DNA of 58,730 nucleotides, taken from positions 1 to 58,730 of IMG/VR virus record IMGVR_UViG_3300008110_000203; one strand, 5' to 3'. The translations under genes and the position numbers were made by a program. Under the pieces are notes generated by a model. It saw nothing but the letters and a program-made list of their open reading frames with translations, was not told the origin of the DNA and made no database searches. Shown piece after piece: positions 55,228-58,730 of the stretch; the first letter of the stretch is position 1; the number at the start of each line of letters is the position of its first letter. This stretch comes from a virus. Lineage: Duplodnaviria > Caudoviricetes.

Positions 55228-57334
55228 ACCGGGGTTTCCCTTCGCTCTCGCAATCGTTCGGCAAACCCGCCGCCCATTCTGGCACAGCGACCATCATCTC
55301 GTGGAATTTTTCAACGATGCTTTCACCCGGCGGACCCTCTGCCACGACTTCGTCGTGGACAGACAGGATCACAGGCAGGCCGGCAGAATCCACACGTCGG
55401 ATGGCCGCCACTAACAGATCACAGGCGACGGCTTGCACGGCGTTTTCGACCAACGTACCGCCCCACGTAGGCATGCGGACCCACTTACGACTTACCGGGT
55501 GCTCGCTCTCAAACGAGATCTCTTGCACTGTTCGAGTCTGCTTACCCACCTGCTTCCGCACCTCGGTCACCTTGGGTCGCGAATACCAAATTTGCCTGCC
55601 GCTGGGCAACATGACTGAGGTCCACTCCCCGTCTCCTGTCGTGAGCACGAGCAGGCGACCACACTGCACAGGCTTGCGGTTGAGTACGCTCTGACGGAAT
55701 GCATTTTCTAACGCCGACCAGAAGGCGGGTATCTCTGCATATGTTTTACGAAACAGATCTACAATGCGGATACTTTCGGGGTCTGTCAGGGTCAAAAAGT
55801 AGGGGCTTGCGGCAGCAGCCGCTTGGAACGTGCTGAGTGGGTACGTGGCGCTACCGGCTCGTGGCCTGCCCCCCATTCCGTAACCGAGGCCGAGCACGGC
55901 GACCTTCCCGAGTTGTCTCTCCTTGTCTTTCTTTCCGATTTGAGAGGCGGGTTTTCCGGTCGCACGTTCGGCAAACTGCCGGTACACACACTCTTTGCGA
56001 CGGAAAGCATCCAGCAACAGGGTACACCCGGATAACCAAGCCAGCACCCGACACTCGATAGAGCTGAAGTCCGAGATCAAAAGCTGTCTTCCCTGCCTCG
56101 GTATAATCAGCCCGCGCAACGCCTTGGACAATGTTTCCGGGACCACCTCCGGCTGCTGCGTCTCCCACTCTTTCGTTTCGAAAGCGGACCCGTCCCTCAG
56201 GCACGAGATCAGCGTGTTGTAATCCTTCAGGCTCAGCGTGTCCCGCACCAGGTTGTGTAACTGCACGCCCCGTCCAGTGTATCGTCCGGTGCTGGCCCCG
56301 TGCCAAACCAAAGAATCACGTATCACCCCGTCGTCATCAATAAAACTCAAGAAACTGTCCAGCTTGGCGATGGAGGATTTCCCCGCCTGCTGGCGGCACA
56401 ACAACAGTTGCCGGCAGTCGTCTGGTAAATCCTGCCGTGACAACAGGTCGGTGATGGTGTCTTTGGTCACGTCTGAGACCCACACACCCCGCATCGACAA
56501 GTACTCTCGGACGCACGCCACTTGGTTGATAGTCTGAACAAACCCCCGAGGGTACGCAGATGAGGCGGTAATCCGTCGGACCTTGGCGTCATACTCCTCC
56601 AGCGCTGATACCTTCCGCCCGTACATGCCGAACAGAGTGGGCACATCGATACGCACCCCACGCTCGTTGATCTTACGGTCGAGTTCCCAATCAGCCTGTC
56701 TGGCCGGAGGCAACGGACCCATTCTGTTGAGGAATTCGCACTGCGTGTTGATGTCCTGAACACAGTACCGGTACACCGCAGCGAGCTTGTCTGGCTGGTC
56801 AAACCAATGCAGAGGCCACCGGGTTTCGTCGTCGCCGAAAACTGCGGCGTATCCGGCCTTCTGCGACTTAGTGTACGGCTTTGGCCTGCTAACCTGAGCC
56901 AGCACACGACTGCCTGCACTATCTTTTTGTTCGCGCTGCCCCAAGGCTATAGCCAGCCGAGACAAAGATCTGGGGAGGGCGTAGTACGCGGCCAACGCCA
57001 TCGTACACCGCCACAAATCATCGGGGATATCCTGCCACCCCAGCTTTTGCACGGCTTGGTGGCGGTAAACGCGGCGGTCGAACGCTACGTTGTGTGCGTA
57101 AACAGGGATCCGGTGCTGAACAGCGTAAACGATCTCGGGAGGAGTATCGCTGGCCGTCAGCACCGGACCCTCTGCGGGGGTTACAACTCTGGTATCAGAA
57201 CCGTCGAGGGATACACCCAAACACAACACATCGGTAGATGCGTGACCTGCATACCGGTCGTAGCTAACATCCCGAAGGGATGCCGCAGACCGAGTCTCGA
57301 AGTCAATCATCAGGTACCGAGGTATCGATCGCAT
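55217..57334 (-). CDS. phage DNA polymerase, family A, with 3'-5' exonuclease
   Basis: IDFETRS, AHNVAFDR, TGRYTG...QLHNL, SDFSSIECRVLAW, RQLGKVAVLGLGYG, ENAVQAVA, SVHDEV. Confidence 0.95.
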   Translation of the reverse strand: MRSIPRYLMIDFETRSAASLRDVSYDRYAGHASTDVLCLGVSLDGSDTRVVTPAEGPVLTASDTPPEIVYAVQHRIPVYAHNVAFDRRVYRHQAVQKLGWQDIPDDLWRCTMALAAYYALPRSLSRLAIALGQREQKDSAGSRVLAQVSRPKPYTKSQKAGYAAVFGDDETRWPLHWFDQPDKLAAVYRYCVQDINTQCEFLNRMGPLPPARQADWELDRKINERGVRIDVPTLFGMYGRKVSALEEYDAKVRRITASSAYPRGFVQTINQVACVREYLSMRGVWVSDVTKDTITDLLSRQDLPDDCRQLLLCRQQAGKSSIAKLDSFLSFIDDDGVIRDSLVWHGASTGRYTGRGVQLHNLVRDTLSLKDYNTLISCLRDGSAFETKEWETQQPEVVPETLSKALRGLIIPRQGRQLLISDFSSIECRVLAWLSGCTLLLDAFRRKECVYRQFAERATGKPASQIGKKDKERQLGKVAVLGLGYGMGGRPRAGSATYPLSTFQAAAAASPYFLTLTDPESIRIVDLFRKTYAEIPAFWSALENAFRQSVLNRKPVQCGRLLVLTTGDGEWTSVMLPSGRQIWYSRPKVTEVRKQVGKQTRTVQEISFESEHPVSRKWVRMPTWGGTLVENAVQAVACDLLVAAIRRVDSAGLPVILSVHDEVVAEGPPGESIVEKFHEMMVAVPEWAAGLPNDCESEGKPRYGK

Positions 57335-57527
57335 GGAGTACACTTTCAAACAGCTCTCGGGTCCACCGTCGCCTGCCGAGTTCCAAAGCAGATAAGTAGC
57401 TCAGGGACACGCCAACTCTTGTGGACAGGTTACGTAACGACAGGCCTTTTCTTTTGCGGGCCTGCCTCACCACATCGCCGCACCGTCTGTGGTCTACAGT
57501 TGATGTCTGTTTATGAGGCATCTTCAC
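57303..57527 (-). CDS. XRE-family HTH regulator
   Basis: VRQARKRKGLSLRNLSTRVGVSLSYLSALELGRR. Confidence 0.85.
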   Translation of the reverse strand: MKMPHKQTSTVDHRRCGDVVRQARKRKGLSLRNLSTRVGVSLSYLSALELGRRRWTRELFESVLHAIDTSVPDD

Positions 57528-57542
57528 TGTGACCTACTCCTT

Positions 57543-58487
57543 TCACGCCGGCCAGCCCGGAGCAGCGGGAGGACCCGGCTGCCACGAAGCGGGAGGCGGG
57601 CCCGGTGGTGCAGAAGGGACCACCGTGGCCGGCTGCTGCCACACTGTTGGAGGGCCTCCCGTCCAAGCCTGCTGCCACGCTGGTGGCGCCTCCCCGGCGG
57701 GCTGCTGCCATACAGATGGCTGCGGAGAAGGCGGGGCCACTGGTGCCGGCTGCTGCCACGGAGTCGTCTGGGGGGCAGAAGAGGGTGGAGCGGCCTGCGT
57801 TGGCTGCTGCCACGGAGGCGGGGAAGGCGGGGCCGCTGGTGCCGGCTGCTGCCACGGAGGCGGGGAGCTTGGAGACACATCCGAAAAGGCGGAAGCCTGT
57901 GACGGGGGTGTGGTGAACTCGGACAAATGCATCGGAGTCGCTGAGAACACCGCTGCAAAGTTTGGCTTTGCCGCAGCCAGACGAGGGCCATCCCCTGTCT
58001 GACACACGGCGTTCAAGTAAAATTTCACGCCTTTGGCAATACCCCCTGCTGGCGGTCGAAAATCGTAGTACGCGGCCTTCACGCTGACATAAACCAAGCA
58101 CCCAGCGTACATGTTGTCGGCGGCGTTGGCCGGCTCCAAGGAGCCTCCAGCACTTCGACGCACAAACAGCTCAGGGGCCTGATTGCTGTTGGCTCGAAAG
58201 AAGTACACCACCTTACCCCCAGTGCGCTCCGGATCCACGGGCTTAAGGGCAGGCATGGTGTGGGGGTTGTACTGCACCTTTTTCTCCGCACACGCTTCCG
58301 CCATCGCTGACGACAGTTTGGCGTGAATCTCCCCGGCGTGCGGGTTATCTGAGTACAACCAAAATTCAGCGGAGTACCGCGCGTCCTGTCCCCCCTCTTC
58401 GCTCGCACGAGGAGTAAACAGTGCCGGATAACTCAGCGTCAAAGGCCCAACCACCACTCGAGTGGGGTCATCAACAGTCGTCGCCAT
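57543..58487 (-). CDS. phage ssDNA-binding protein (DUF2815/gp2.5-like) with a PWQQP-repeat tail
   Basis: LSYPALFTPR...YSAEF...MYAGCLV...GVKFYLNAVCQTGDGPRL; start MATT at 58487. Confidence 0.85.
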   Translation of the reverse strand: MATTVDDPTRVVVGPLTLSYPALFTPRASEEGGQDARYSAEFWLYSDNPHAGEIHAKLSSAMAEACAEKKVQYNPHTMPALKPVDPERTGGKVVYFFRANSNQAPELFVRRSAGGSLEPANAADNMYAGCLVYVSVKAAYYDFRPPAGGIAKGVKFYLNAVCQTGDGPRLAAAKPNFAAVFSATPMHLSEFTTPPSQASAFSDVSPSSPPPWQQPAPAAPPSPPPWQQPTQAAPPSSAPQTTPWQQPAPVAPPSPQPSVWQQPAGEAPPAWQQAWTGGPPTVWQQPATVVPSAPPGPPPASWQPGPPAAPGWPA

Positions 58488-58730
58488 GACTAGCGTGCTC
58501 CTCAAGAATTTCCAAGAATTTGACCACAGCTTCCGGCTGAATCTCATCGCCGGCAGCACTGGCGTCACACAACCGTACACCACGCACACGCGTAGTGACC
58601 AAATTACCGACAGCCTCAGTCGCCTCACGGCGTTTGAGACCATACCTCGCCATCAGACGCCGTTCGACTTCAGCCGGGGTGGCTGCCGAGGTTTCGGCAA
58701 ACACCTCGGGCGGCACTGACAAAGCTTGCG
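58471..58730 (-). CDS. 3' end of a gene truncated by the window edge (DUF2800/Cas4-like exonuclease expected from synteny)
   Basis: Open frame ...TPAEVERRL...LVTTRVRGVRL...; this gene type usually precedes DUF2815 SSB and DNA polymerase A. Confidence 0.45.
   Translation of the reverse strand, partial: QALSVPPEVFAETSAATPAEVERRLMARYGLKRREATEAVGNLVTTRVRGVRLCDASAAGDEIQPEAVVKFLEILEEHASHGDDC

Overview
The window is a large part of a tailed dsDNA phage genome. It is gene-dense and high in GC, and both ends cut through genes. It has four blocks. (1) 1-30390, minus strand: lysis-like membrane genes, two very large putative ejection/internal virion proteins, tail genes, portal, terminase, a polyvalent-type protein, major capsid and scaffold. 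(2) 30534-39815: a DUF1580-like HTH, a serine recombinase with two fused catalytic domains, a tRNA-like RNA with an abnormal anticodon arm, a PEP-CTERM protein, a C5-methyltransferase-like gene, a primase-polymerase, and a 20-bp tandem-repeat region that may be an origin or genome end. (3) 39900-53452, plus strand: about 30 small, mostly unknown ORFs separated by at least three families of repeated hairpin elements (A x9, B x2, C x5), with a phage CsrA homologue under its own sigma70-like promoter. (4) 53460-58730, minus strand: SNF2-type helicase, VRR-NUC nuclease, family A DNA polymerase, HTH, SSB and a partial gene. Several markers suggest a Planctomycetota host (inference). The most striking feature is block 3, a repeat-delimited gene-cassette array. 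Each A repeat runs from the upstream stop codon through a conserved box, a G-U-tolerant hairpin with a U-tract, and an SD-sequestering mini-hairpin to the next start codon. The repeat halves are reassorted between copies, which suggests cassette shuffling. All family assignments come from motif recognition by eye; no database searches were run.
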